A stretch of 64,000 nucleotides of DNA from Macrostomum lignano (lineage: Eukaryota): assembly GCA_002269645.1 (NCBI GenBank), contig NIVC01000337.1, forward strand, positions 496,001-560,000, written 5' to 3'. A model generated the notes under the pieces. The model worked only from the letters and a program-made list of their open reading frames with translations, did not search any database and was not told the origin of the DNA. Every line of letters begins with the position of its first letter. Within the stretch, counting starts at the first letter, position 1. Position numbers and translations under genes: made by a program. This document shows positions 25,401-35,827 of the stretch, piece after piece.

Positions 25401-28400
25401 GCGGGGCTGATGGTTGAAAAATCTACTTGGAATTAAGGAGAAAATGGAATTAAAGAGGCCACTTACGCATCCGAGGGTCCCTCCTCCGGCTGCTGGTGTC
25501 CCATCTCGTCTTTGTGCGGCTTCAGCGGCGCCGGCGTCTCAAAGCCGGGAGGCGGCGGCGGGGTCTTCGGCTTTTCCGACTGCGAGCGGGGAAAATCAGC
25601 ATTTTTCTACTAAGAGTAGTGAAACAAAATACGGAAATCAATTTTTTGCTAATAGCAAACTAATCAAGTGCTATTCACCTGTTCGGGCTTCACCCTCAGT
25701 GGCGGAACGGCATGCTTGGCCAGGCCTTCCAGTTTTCCATTAGTCACCTGCAGGCAGGTGAATGTACGCTTGCAAACTTAATTCAACTGTTTTTAACAGA
25801 TTCAGAGGCTTAGCTAGTAGATAAAATTTAATTTAACTTAATTTTAATAGAAAAGAACAAATGAAAATGCTACTGCAAACAACAACCACTCAGGTAAAAT
25901 GAACAACAGGTAGCTTTCTGTATGAAGCAATAAACTGCAGCTGCTGTTAGGAGCAGCAACTAGTTCAAATGTATTTGCTCACTAAATTATACCGCAATAC
26001 GTGTACGACACAGTGGGGCAAGCAAACGGATGCACAAATCAAGCGCAGAAAGAAGAGGCAATGGGAAAAGCATTCAATTTAGCAGGCAAAGCTATATGAA
26101 AAATGATTCTGCATATTAATTGCACTACGAGACGCAATGCAGAAGTAAAAATCAGTCAAAAGCAGAGAAAACAGTTATGAAATTCAGTGCTGATCGGTGC
26201 ACTTCAGAGCTCAAGTCATCCTAATTTGGGCAGCGACGGCAGCTCAGTCGACCTCCTCGACGGTGGGTCCGCCCGCTCGTCCCGCTCGCTGCGGACCCTG
26301 CGGAGGCGGCTGCTGCTGCTGATGCAGCTTGGCCATGAGAGGCGAGCACAGGCTGCTCAGCTGCCGCTGCTGTTCGGCGATCTCGTCCTTGTCGGCCGTC
26401 TGGTTGTTCTCCAGCCAGGAGATGACGCGGTCGCAAGCGGCGGTCACCTCGCCGGCCTCCTTCTCGCCCAGCCGGTCCTTGCAGTCGTTGGCCGCCTGCT
26501 TGTACTGGAAGGCGAGCGATTCCAGCTGGTTGCGGGCCGCCAGGCGCTCGCGGTGCCGCTCGTCCTCCTCGCGGAACTTCTCCGCGTCCCGCACCATCCG
26601 CTCGATCTCGTCCTTCGACAGGCGACCCTTGTCGTTCGTGATTGTGATCTTCTCCTCCTTGCTGGTGCTCTTGTCCTTCGCCGACACCACCAGGATTCCG
26701 TTGGCGTCTACGTCGAAGGTCACCTCGATCTGCGGGACTCCGCGCGGCGCTGGCGGGATGCCGTCCAGGTTGAACCGGCCCAGCAGGTGGTTGTCCCTGG
26801 TCAGCGCCCGCTCGCCCTCAAACACCTGCACCGTGACGCCGCTCTGGTTGTCCGAGTACGTGGTGAACGTCTGCGTCGCCTTGGTCGGGATGCGGCTGTT
26901 CCTCTCCACGATCTTGGTCATCACGCCGCCGGCAGTCTCGATGCCCAGCGACAGCGGAGCCACGTCAAGCAGCAGCAGGTCTTCGATCTTCTCGTCCTTC
27001 ACACCGGTCAGCACCGCCGCCTGCACCGCGGCTCCGTACGCGACCGCCTCGTCCGGGTTGATCGACTTGTTCAGCGTCCGGCCGCCCATGAACTCCTGCA
27101 GCAGCTTCTGCACCTTCGGGATCCTCGTCGATCCGCCGACCAGCACAATCTCGCTGATGCTGCTCTTGTCCATCTTGGCGTCCCTCAGCGCTCGCTCCAC
27201 CGGCTCCATCGTCTGACGGAAGAGGTCAGCGCACAGCTCCTCGAACCGAGCCCTGGTCACGCTGGTGTAAAAGTCGATGCCCTCGAACAGCGAGTCGATC
27301 TCGATGCTCGCCTGCGCTGAGCTGCTCAGAGTTCGCTTCGCTCGCTCAGCCGCTGTGCGCAGCCGCCTCACTGCTCGGGCGTTGCCGCTCATGTCCTTGC
27401 GGTACTTGCGCTTGAACTCCTGGATCAGGTGCTCCACCAGCCGGTTGTCAAAGTCTTCGCCGCCCAAATGAGTGTCACCGGCCGTCGATCGCACCTCGAA
27501 CATGCTGCCCTCCGACACCGTCAGGATGGACACGTCGAATGTGCCGCCTCCCAGGTCGAAGATCAGAATGTTCTTCTCGCCGTCCAGGCTCTTGTCCAGC
27601 CCGTAGGCCAGGGCAGCCGCCGTCGGCTCGTTCACAATCCGCAGCACATTCAGCCCGGCGATCGCACCAGCGTCCTTCGTCGCCTGCCGCTGGCTGTCGT
27701 TGAAGTAGGCCGGCACCGTGATCACCGCGTCAGTCACCTTCTCGCCGAGGTACGCCTCCGCCGTCTCCTTCATCTTGGTCAGCACCATGGCCGAGATCTC
27801 CTCCGGGTAGAAGCTCCGCCTCTCGCCCATGTACTGAACCTCAATCTTCGGCCGCCCACCGTCGTTCGCCACCTTGAACGGCCACAGCTTCATGTCCCGC
27901 TGCACCGTCTCGTCGCTGAACTTCCTCCCGATGAGTCGCTTGGCGTCGAACACCGTGTTCTCCGGGTTCATCGCCACCTGGTTCTTTGCCGCGTCGCCCA
28001 CCAGCCTCTCCGTGTCCGTGAAGGCCACGTAGCTGGGCGTGGTTCGGTTGCCCTGGTCATTGGCGATGATCTCCACTTTGCCTGCCTGGAACACGCCCAC
28101 GCACGAGTACGTGGTGCCCAGGTCGATGCCGATTGCAGGTCCGTTGCTCCTCTTGCCCATGATGCTTCTTCACTGAGCTGAGCTTGACTGAGAAAGAGGC
28201 TTCTTCACTGAGGAAGGCTTGTCTTGCTTTGGATGCTTCTGGATTGCTTTGGTTGCGATCCGAACTGCTTGCTCCTGGGCCAGCAGGACCGCCTGCTTAT
28301 ATAGATTGCAGCTCAGCTTCGAGAAATTTCCAGAATTCCCCATTCACGCCGTCACACATTGGCCCTCTGCTTCGCTGTGCTATTTTTAGAATAGCCTTTC

Positions 28401-31400
28401 TGGAAAATTCTAGAATTAATTAAGAAATGAAATGTGTATAACTCCTGCGTTCAGCTACTAATAGTAGAAATATGAACACAAGGCGTTCCGAAAATGCATA
28501 TTTAAAGGATAAAATTTTCAATTCACTAATTTTCTTTGTTGAAATCCCCTACCGTCCGTGAAGCGCCGCGGAGATCATCCTCCGTGACGGTGACAGACGA
28601 TTCCGCAGGCGCTTTGGGGGCCTGCTGTCGAACATCAGAGGTCGAAGTGCGCGCCTGGGGCTTGGCTGACTGCTGCAAATGAGAGAGATGGCACCATTGA
28701 TTATGTAAAGACACGGGGACTCACGGTGCTTAAATTATTGTTTCCGGTGCAAGATCTTTTTAGACTTACAACAGTGATGAGACGAACTTGACTAGTTTTG
28801 CTTGCCGGCGAAATATTCACTGAAAATGAAAGCAACTTACTGCCCAAATTAACTTTGCAACGTGAAATGTGAAAGTCTCGTCCCATCCCGCCTCTCTCCC
28901 ATCCCGCACCTCTCCCATCCCGCCTCTCTCCTATCCCGCCCCTCCCATCCCGCATCTCTCCCGCCTCTCTCCCATCCCGCCCCTTCTCTTATCCCGCCTC
29001 TCTCCCATCCCGCCCCTTCTCTTATCCCGCCTCTCTCCCATCCCGCCCCTTCTCTTATCCCGCCTCTCTCCCATCCCGCCCCTTCTCTTATCCCGCCTCT
29101 CTCCCATCCCGCCCCTTCTCTTATCCCGCCTCTCTCCCATCCCGCCCCTTCTCTTATCCCGCCTCTCTCCCATCCCGCCTCTCTCCCATCCCGCCTCTCT
29201 CCCATCCCGCCTCTCTCCCATCCCGCCTCTCTCCCATCCCGCCTCTTTCCCATCCCGCCTCTCTCCCATCCCGCCTCTCTCCCATCCCCGCCCCTCTCCC
29301 ATCCCGCCTCTCTCCCATCCCGCCCCTCTCCCATCCTGCCTCTCTCCCATCCCGCCTCTCTCCCATCCCGCCCCTCTCCCATCCCGCCCCTCTCCCATCC
29401 CGCCTCTCTCCCATCCCGCCTCTCTCCCATCCCGCCTCTCTCCCATCCCGCCTCTCTCCCATCCCGCCCCTCTCCCATCCCGCATCTCTCCCATCCCGCA
29501 TCTCTCCCATCCCGCATCTCTCCCATCCCGCATCTCTCCTGCCTCTCTCCCATCCCGCCCCTCTCCCATCCCGCCCCTCTCCCATCCCGCCTCTCTCCCA
29601 TCCCGCATCTCTCCCATCCCGCATCTCTCCCATCCCGCATCTCTCCCATCCCGCCCCTCTCCCATCCCGCATCTCTCCCATCCCGCCTCTCTCCCATCCC
29701 GCCTCTCTCCCATCCCGCCTCTCTCCCATCCCGCCTCTCTCCCATCCCGCCTCTTTAACTAACGTCCCTAGCCTCCCCACCGCGGATCAAATACAAAGAA
29801 TCCTCGTACCGCCATCCTCCAGTCGCTGCTGGCTGTAGACGGGGTCAATTCGGGTCAGCGGTCCAGAAGAGGCCGACTTTCCAGGCGCCAGCGGCTGCTT
29901 GGTGATTGGCAGCCGCTGCTGCTCCTGCTGTTGCTTTTGCTGCTGCTTCTGCTGCTGCTGTCTCTGATGCTGCTGCTTGGTCTGCTGAACGGTTGACCTC
30001 GATTGAACCCGAGCCTGCAGCAGACAGGTGGCTTGAGTGAATTGTGACTCTGGTGCCAGCTTACATATTTAGTTTCCGAGCCCCCAGCATCCCCCGCTTA
30101 CGGCCGCGGCGGCGGCGGCGGCGGCTCTGGCGTCGCAGAAGCTTCGGACCCAGCGGACCAGGTTGAGGGTCTGATAGAGCGAGCCCGACATGATCTCTGC
30201 CGATGGGATGTTTTTATTGTGGGGGCGGTAATTTAATAAATAAAAATATTGATAACAATAAATGACTCAAAAACTACCCATATTTTGCTGCCTAAATTGT
30301 CACCATCGTGTTTAGCATTGTTTGAAAAATTAAATTTGTTAGTGAACTTTTCGTATTGTTGAGCTAAATTTCATTTTTAATTTGTGAAGACGGATGTCAC
30401 TGGGGTTGTGAAGCCGGATGTGACTGGTGGTTTTGAAGCCGGATGTGACTGGTGGTTTTGAAGCCGGATGTGATTGGGGGTTGTGGAGCCGGATGTGACT
30501 GGATTTGTGAAGCCGGATATGATTGGGGGTTGTGAAGCCGAATGTGATTGGGGGTTGTGAAGCCGGATGTGATTGGGGGTTATGAAGCCGGATGTGATTG
30601 GGGGTTGTGAAGCCGGATGTGATTGGGGGTTGTGAAGCCGGATGTGACTGGTGGTTTTGAAGCCGGATGTGATTGGGGGTTGTGAAGCCGGATGTGATTG
30701 GGGGTTATGAAGCCGGATGTGATTGGGGGTTGTGAAGCCGGATGTGATTGGGGGTTTTGAAGCCGGATGTGATTGGGGGTTATGAAGCCGGATATGATTG
30801 GGTTTGTGAAGCCGGATGTGATTGGGTTTGTGAAGCCGGATGTGATTGGGTTTATGAAGCCGGATGTGATTGGGCTCATGAAGCCGGATGTGGTTAAGGT
30901 TGTGAAGCCGGATGTGACTGGGGACAGTGAAGTGGCTCCATGAAAAGCATCGTGCAAACCGCCGTCTCACCTGACGCACTGCTGCTGGGCTGAGTGGCGC
31001 CCATTCGGCACAGGTGAGTCACGCACAGGTCCAGGTTCGCTAGTCGAGCAGCTCGAGTCCCCGGCGACCGATTGAGACCATCGATTGGCTGATCGACTGG
31101 GGGATGAAGGAGGCAGAGCAGCTCAGAGGTTAACGCATCTGACCCTCTCGCACCAGAGATTTTGGGACTCCTGCATCAAAAGCTTGTTGCACGACTCCCT
31201 TCGATGAGCGACAACCCGATGAGGGCGCAATCGTGCTCAGTGGTCAGCGGAATGGGAATTCCTGCTTGCCTCTTCGCTAGCTGCAGGTGACTAGCTAACT
31301 GGTAATATACGAACCATGTGCCTAAGGACTAATTCAACAACTGACAAGCCATGCATTGGCATGCATTGAGTTTAAACCAGAGCGTCACTTACGCCGCTTC

Positions 31401-31984
31401 TCAACAACCAGAGGCAGCGACAGGCCGTCAGCCACAGCGGACTGCAGGCTGATCGACTGAGGCCGGCGCGACTGGCCAGCCGAGCTGGAGGAGCCCAGCT
31501 GCGACAGGCTGGAGTTGAGCCAGGCCAGGTGACCCTGCGGTGGTGCACAGGCGGCAACGGTTAACTGCGCTGGTTAGAGTCAAAGGGCTGGTGCAGATTT
31601 TTTACCAGCAAATCGACAATATCAATCGAAAACTGAACAGGTTTGGAAGCAGAGAGTTGCTTTAGTTTTACCACAGCCAAAATACATTAAACGATGGAGA
31701 ACAACTGAAACTGGTTGCTTGTCGGTCTCTGGTAGAATTTTTTACCATTTTTCTTGAGACACTTGCGAGTAACTCTTTAACAAAAACACGTGCTGGCTTA
31801 ATTTGCAGTTCAAACGTCCAGGTGAGACGTCTACGGACTACGGATGTCTTCATCCGTCTACGGACGTCTCACCTGGGGGGGGCCTCACCTGGATCTCCGT
31901 AGAAGCGTTGCCAGACGAACCGGCCGGGCCCGACCTCAAAGGGTTGCGCCGGGCGTCCCACTGCGCAGCTGCCAGCCCGGTCAT
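22486..31984 (-). CDS. 11-exon, 666-aa protein: N-terminal calponin-homology (CH) domain, Gln/Pro/Arg-rich low-complexity middle, coiled coil, C-terminal SAM domain. Exons 31984-31889, 31534-31393, 31096-30971, 30196-30102, 30014-29810, 28819-28770, 28672-28553, 25579-25467, 24581-24045, 23348-23040, 22693-22486
   Basis: All 10 introns are GT-AG with matching phases (0,1,1,0,1,0,0,2,2,2), summing to 2001 nt with no internal stop. CH-like segment: [13 protein letters not shown]...[18 protein letters not shown]...[16 protein letters not shown]...[18 protein letters not shown] segment: [53 protein letters not shown]. Confidence 0.82.
22830..23005. repeat. 15-bp minisatellite (cctgttcccctcaca) in intron 10 of the CH-SAM gene
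   Basis: About 11 direct copies. Confidence 0.95.
23490..23887. repeat. 15-bp minisatellite (gagagataatgatga), with longer variants, in intron 9
   Basis: Direct periodicity; source of the HHYLS, IIISL and NDERD spurious ORFs. Confidence 0.95.
24585..25413. repeat. 20/28-bp minisatellite (ggtggggctgatagctggat and a longer variant) in intron 8, interrupted by a SINE
   Basis: Arrays at about 24585-24810 and 25178-25413. Confidence 0.9.
24810..25175 (-). mobile_element. tRNA-derived SINE, about 365 bp, copy 1
   Basis: On the minus strand: 5' GGGGGGCCGTAGCCCAGCGG (A box), GGCTCGATTCC (B-box-like) and an A-rich tail. Flanked by atggtggggctgat, a putative TSD that is ambiguous because it lies inside a tandem array. 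Highly similar to 61935-62295. Confidence 0.85.
26244..28160 (-). CDS. HSP70: Cytosolic, heat-inducible-type Hsp70, intronless, 638 aa
   Basis: Signatures [23 protein letters not shown] and [12 protein letters not shown]; cytosolic C-terminus GPTVEEVD. Confidence 0.99.
   Translation of the reverse strand: MGKRSNGPAIGIDLGTTYSCVGVFQAGKVEIIANDQGNRTTPSYVAFTDTERLVGDAAKNQVAMNPENTVFDAKRLIGRKFSDETVQRDMKLWPFKVANDGGRPKIEVQYMGERRSFYPEEISAMVLTKMKETAEAYLGEKVTDAVITVPAYFNDSQRQATKDAGAIAGLNVLRIVNEPTAAALAYGLDKSLDGEKNILIFDLGGGTFDVSILTVSEGSMFEVRSTAGDTHLGGEDFDNRLVEHLIQEFKRKYRKDMSGNARAVRRLRTAAERAKRTLSSSAQASIEIDSLFEGIDFYTSVTRARFEELCADLFRQTMEPVERALRDAKMDKSSISEIVLVGGSTRIPKVQKLLQEFMGGRTLNKSINPDEAVAYGAAVQAAVLTGVKDEKIEDLLLLDVAPLSLGIETAGGVMTKIVERNSRIPTKATQTFTTYSDNQSGVTVQVFEGERALTRDNHLLGRFNLDGIPPAPRGVPQIEVTFDVDANGILVVSAKDKSTSKEEKITITNDKGRLSKDEIERMVRDAEKFREEDERHRERLAARNQLESLAFQYKQAANDCKDRLGEKEAGEVTAACDRVISWLENNQTADKDEIAEQQRQLSSLCSPLMAKLHQQQQPPPQGPQRAGRAGGPTVEEVD
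28297..28415 (-). promoter_or_regulatory. Hsp70 promoter: TATA box and two perfect 4-unit heat-shock elements
   Basis: TATATAA on the minus strand at 28297-28303. TTCgaGAAatTTCcaGAA at 28318-28335 and TTCtgGAAaaTTCtaGAA at 28398-28415 are alternating nGAAn pentamers. Confidence 0.9.
28875..29755. repeat. 16-bp minisatellite (gcctctctcccatccc) with a 33-bp higher-order block, in intron 5
   Basis: About 55 copies; G-rich on the host gene's sense strand. Confidence 0.95.
30385..30920. repeat. 24/25-bp minisatellite (gaagccggatgtgattgggggttgt) in intron 3
   Basis: About 21 copies. Confidence 0.95.
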
Positions 31985-33279
31985 TGGCAGCTGCAGACCT
32001 CAGGGCTCGGGGCCGACTGACAGGCCGCAGGTAATAAATAATATTTGACGGACTCCCCAGGCTGCAAAGGCGCTCGGTGTGGGGGTGATTATAATATTTT
32101 AAACATAACTGACAGGAGAATGAAGACACAGACAGATGCGCAGAGCACACAGCTGCAGGGTCAGTGAGTTGACAGAGCAGCGGGTCAGAGCTAGGAACAG
32201 CTGCAATAAGACTTCGGTTCTCAGCGAGCGGCAGCGCAGGACAGACTATGCTTGTGTGTGTTTAACGGCTAAGCCAAGGCCAACTCGGGGACCTCCCGCT
32301 GAGAATATCGCGCTCCAGATGTGAGAGAGAAAACTGTTTGAGAACAAGAGAAATAAAGACGCTGCCTCTTTGCTTCTGCGAGCGTGACCAAGTTTCTGCG
32401 CACCAATATTCCCTTAATACTGCCTCCACCTGCTCCCGGCCCAGTAGGGGGGGGGCGACTTTGTCCAATCATCGCCACTGAGGATGAGGCATTAAAGTCG
32501 CATAACGTGTGCATTTGTGGATTAGGCTGCAATAAAATATTGGCGGAAAAGTATTACCAAAAGCAACAGGTGTGGCAATTGTCCATTGTCAACTCTCCAA
32601 TCAATGTCTGCCCTGGGCACAGGGCCCAAACTGATGGTAACCAAAACCGTACGGTGACTCCAGATCAGATCCATGGCATCACTCGCACTGGCAACTGACT
32701 GAGTGACTGCAGCGGCTGACAAGCCACTGTAAGCTGGGGACCTCTCCCCATACAGCTCTCCAACAATTGTTGAAGTTTGCCTTGAAGGCTTTGAGTTGCG
32801 GTATTCATTGAAAGCTAGCCGTATAGAGAGGAAATTCAGCTTCAAAAATCCCATAGTGACAGCAGCTCAATTGCCAGGCGCAGCCACCTCCAGCAACACG
32901 CACTTAATTTTCTTTCACGCCACTCTCTCAGCGTCTGGCCATCAATAATAGAGGAAGAATGGGATCCCCATATCAAACAGGGAAATTTAACTAGCCCCAT
33001 CTACGAGTACTGCATAGCCTGAGTAATGGAAATAACCGCGCCAGAGGCATTCTCCTCTTCCCTGCCATAGTAGACCAACGGTATAACAACACAGCATTGC
33101 AGAAAGTCCAACTTGATTCAACTCTAGAATACACGTACTGTTTACATCTCACACAGAACTCAACCATTCAATTACGTGTATGAGCCTGATTTGACGATCC
33201 ACTCTTTGGAATTCGAAAAACAATTGTTCCCACACAATTTCATAGTTCTTGCGATAGCTCCTTGCGATTCTGTGAGGTC

Positions 33280-33445
33280 ATTGTGATTCAGCCCGGTCGT
33301 GAGGTCCTTGTGATTCTGTCCGGTCGTGAGGTCCTTGAGATTCTGTGAGGTTATTGTGATTCTGTGAGGTCATGAGGTCCATGTGATTCTGTTCGGTCAT
33401 GATGTTCATGTGATTTTGTCCGGTCATGAGATCCTTGCGATTCTA
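33280..33445. repeat. Degenerate tandem repeat of about 19 bp (tgtgaggtccttgtgattc-like)
   Basis: Several imperfect copies visible. Confidence 0.6.
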
Positions 33446-34265
33446 TTCAATCGTGTACTCGTAATTCTAAGAGGTTCTGCCTTGATGGGGATGTCTGAGC
33501 GTTGCTAGTCAACTGGTCTAACAAGTTATCCATTGCAGTCAGTTTGATCAGGGCATTAGGATGGCATCTATCCTCTTATGTCGATGGCTAATCCCATTAG
33601 TTCTACATGTATTGCAGATGATTATAGCCTGCCAGGCTTCTCAGTCAAGTGAATTCTACTCGTGCGTATTGCTAACGCTTTCAACCTACAAAGCAAACAG
33701 CTCACATGCTCACACTTAGCGGCTGTAAACCACCTGGCTGCAGCGGAAGAAAAGCAGGCCAAACTCTTTTGTTCGGAATGCCAGACAATAACTGACAAGT
33801 GTCAACCCCATTCTGTCACGGGCCGTGCAAATTTTCACAGAGGCCAAGCATCACCCTGCAACTGTTACAAGTCGTTAAACAAGCATGCGCTCTCCCAGTG
33901 CAGGTCCTCACTTTTCCCTAACTAAAGAATGGCTCAAATCTCTTTCACTGATGCACTTTAAGTCGCAATAGCAGTAGCAAGAGGTTGTGCAGAAAAATAT
34001 CAGTTAGAATAGACATTTGCTAACTACACTACTGACTGGCAGTAGCAAAAATTAATGTCGCAAGCGTCTCGGTAAACATTATTAAACAAATTAGGATATA
34101 AAATGACGAAGACAAAAACGCGGCCATAAATCTTTTTCAATTTTGGTTATTTTTTTCCAATCAAGTTCAGCTATGGATACTCGCGTGTATTTTCTGCATC
34201 GCGCATTCACAGTTCAGTCTAGCATCAGCCTCAAGCCAGCGCCATCCTCAGCTCTGAGGGCGGAT

Positions 34266-34724
34266 CTACTTCTTCTTGGACACACCGACGGTGCGGCCGC
34301 GGCGGCCGGTGGTCTTGGTGTGCTGGCCGCGCACTCGCAGGGTCCAGTAGTGGCGCAGGCCGCGGTGGGCGCGCACCCGCTTCAGCCGCTCGAGATCCTC
34401 GCGCAGCTTCGTGTCCAGCTGGTTGCTGATGACGTGCCGGTGCTTCATGTCCTTGATGTCCTTCTGCCTGTTCAGAACCCAGTGCGGGATCTTGAACTGC
34501 TGCGGGTTCATGATGATGGTCACCATCTGCTCAATCTCGTCGTCGGACAGCTGGCCGGCCCGACGGTCGCGGCCGATCCCCGCCCGCTTGGCAACCAGGT
34601 CCGAGTAGCGCCTGCCGACACCCTTGATGGAAGTCATGGCTGTGCGGGCCATGACCTTGCCGTCAATGTTGGTGTTGGAGATGCGGATGATGTGCTTGAA
34701 GTTGGCCGGGATGATCAGCGACAT
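34266..34724 (-). CDS. RPS18: 40S ribosomal protein S18 (uS13), intronless and divergent
   Basis: 152-aa ORF with [22 protein letters not shown] and the conserved C-terminus [31 protein letters not shown] pyrimidine (5'TOP-like) motif lies at 34762-34756. Confidence 0.97.
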   Translation of the reverse strand: MSLIIPANFKHIIRISNTNIDGKVMARTAMTSIKGVGRRYSDLVAKRAGIGRDRRAGQLSDDEIEQMVTIIMNPQQFKIPHWVLNRQKDIKDMKHRHVISNQLDTKLREDLERLKRVRAHRGLRHYWTLRVRGQHTKTTGRRGRTVGVSKKK

Positions 34725-34830
34725 TTTGATGCTGGGCGCTGAAGATGCCGTTTATGGAAGAGTATTAAAATTTAAAACTAAAATTCGCTACTCGACTACT
34801 TAAATCCTAACAAAAGCAGTAGACTACATA

Positions 34831-35827
34831 CGAGGGGTGTCCCAAAAGTCGGTGCACTTTCTTCACTACAGCATTTTCTGACCGATCAGAAATAAAGTCT
34901 GTTGAAGTTGAAAAGAGAATTATCTGCCCGTTCGTTAAAATGACTTTCTGTTTATTTCTGTATCTGCTGGCATTCTTGAGATTTGAGAACTTTTCTGCCC
35001 CACCCCCTGTGCTACTTTTACAAATTGCCATAGACCAAAGCTTTGTACCTGATGCTCGAAACAACGAAACATTCAACGAATCAATAAAACATCCGCAACA
35101 TGAAAGCTGAGGAAAGAACAGTTAAAAGTTAATCAATATTGTCCTGAGGCTTCTCCACATAGTCACCACTGGGTGCGCTGCACACTTCTGCCATCGGCTG
35201 TGCATGTCGACAACGCACGTCCCACACGGCCAAGAAAATGGAGGAGACGATCGAGCAGGCAAATTTTGTGCTGCTCTCACTGCCACCCTACTTTCCGGAT
35301 TTGTCAACAGCTGACTTTGCCTTCTTTCCAAAGAGGAAGAAGCTGCTGCATGGACAAATCTTTGCTTGTCGTGGGAGCCTGGAAGCATTGACTCGCCAAA
35401 TTCTCCTTCATGAGATGCCGCGCTCAGATTTTGCTGATTGACGACATTGACGACATGCACAGCCGATGGCAGAAGTGTGCAGCGCACCCAGTGGTGACTA
35501 TGTGGAGAAGCATCAGGACAATATTGATTAACTTTTAACTGTTCTTTCCTCAGCTTTCATGTTGCGGATGTTTTATTGGTTCGTTGAATGTTTCGTTGTT
35601 TCGAGCATCAGGTACAAAGCTTTGGTCTATGGCAATTTGTAAAATTAGCACAGGGGGTGGGGCAGAAAAGTGCTCATATCTCAAGAATGCCAGCAGATAC
35701 AGAAATAAACAGAAAGTCATTTTAACGGGCAGATAATTCTCTTTTCAACTGCAACAGACTTAATATTTCTGATCGGTCAGAAAAGGCTGTAGTGAAGAAA
35801 GTGCACCGACTTTTGGGACACCCCTCG
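34831..35827 (+). mobile_element. Fold-back non-autonomous mariner derivative, 997 bp, with inverted arms of about 380 bp
   Basis: TA flanks on both sides and termini cgaggggtgtcccaaaagt / acttttgggacacccctcg. The core encodes decayed mariner transposase motifs HVDNARP, LPPYFPDLSTADFAFFPKRKKLLHG (YSPDLAP motif) and RWQKC...GDYVEK. Confidence 0.93.

Noticed and set aside
26187-28181. Long plus-strand ORFs (377, 295, 250 aa) antisense to Hsp70
   Set aside because: Antisense ORFs are a well-known by-product of GC-rich Hsp70 codon usage; no independent signals support them.
32500-33100. Possible decayed Cys-rich transposase fragment on the minus strand
   Set aside because: Frequent stops, no diagnostic motif and no TIRs found; TBLASTX would be needed.
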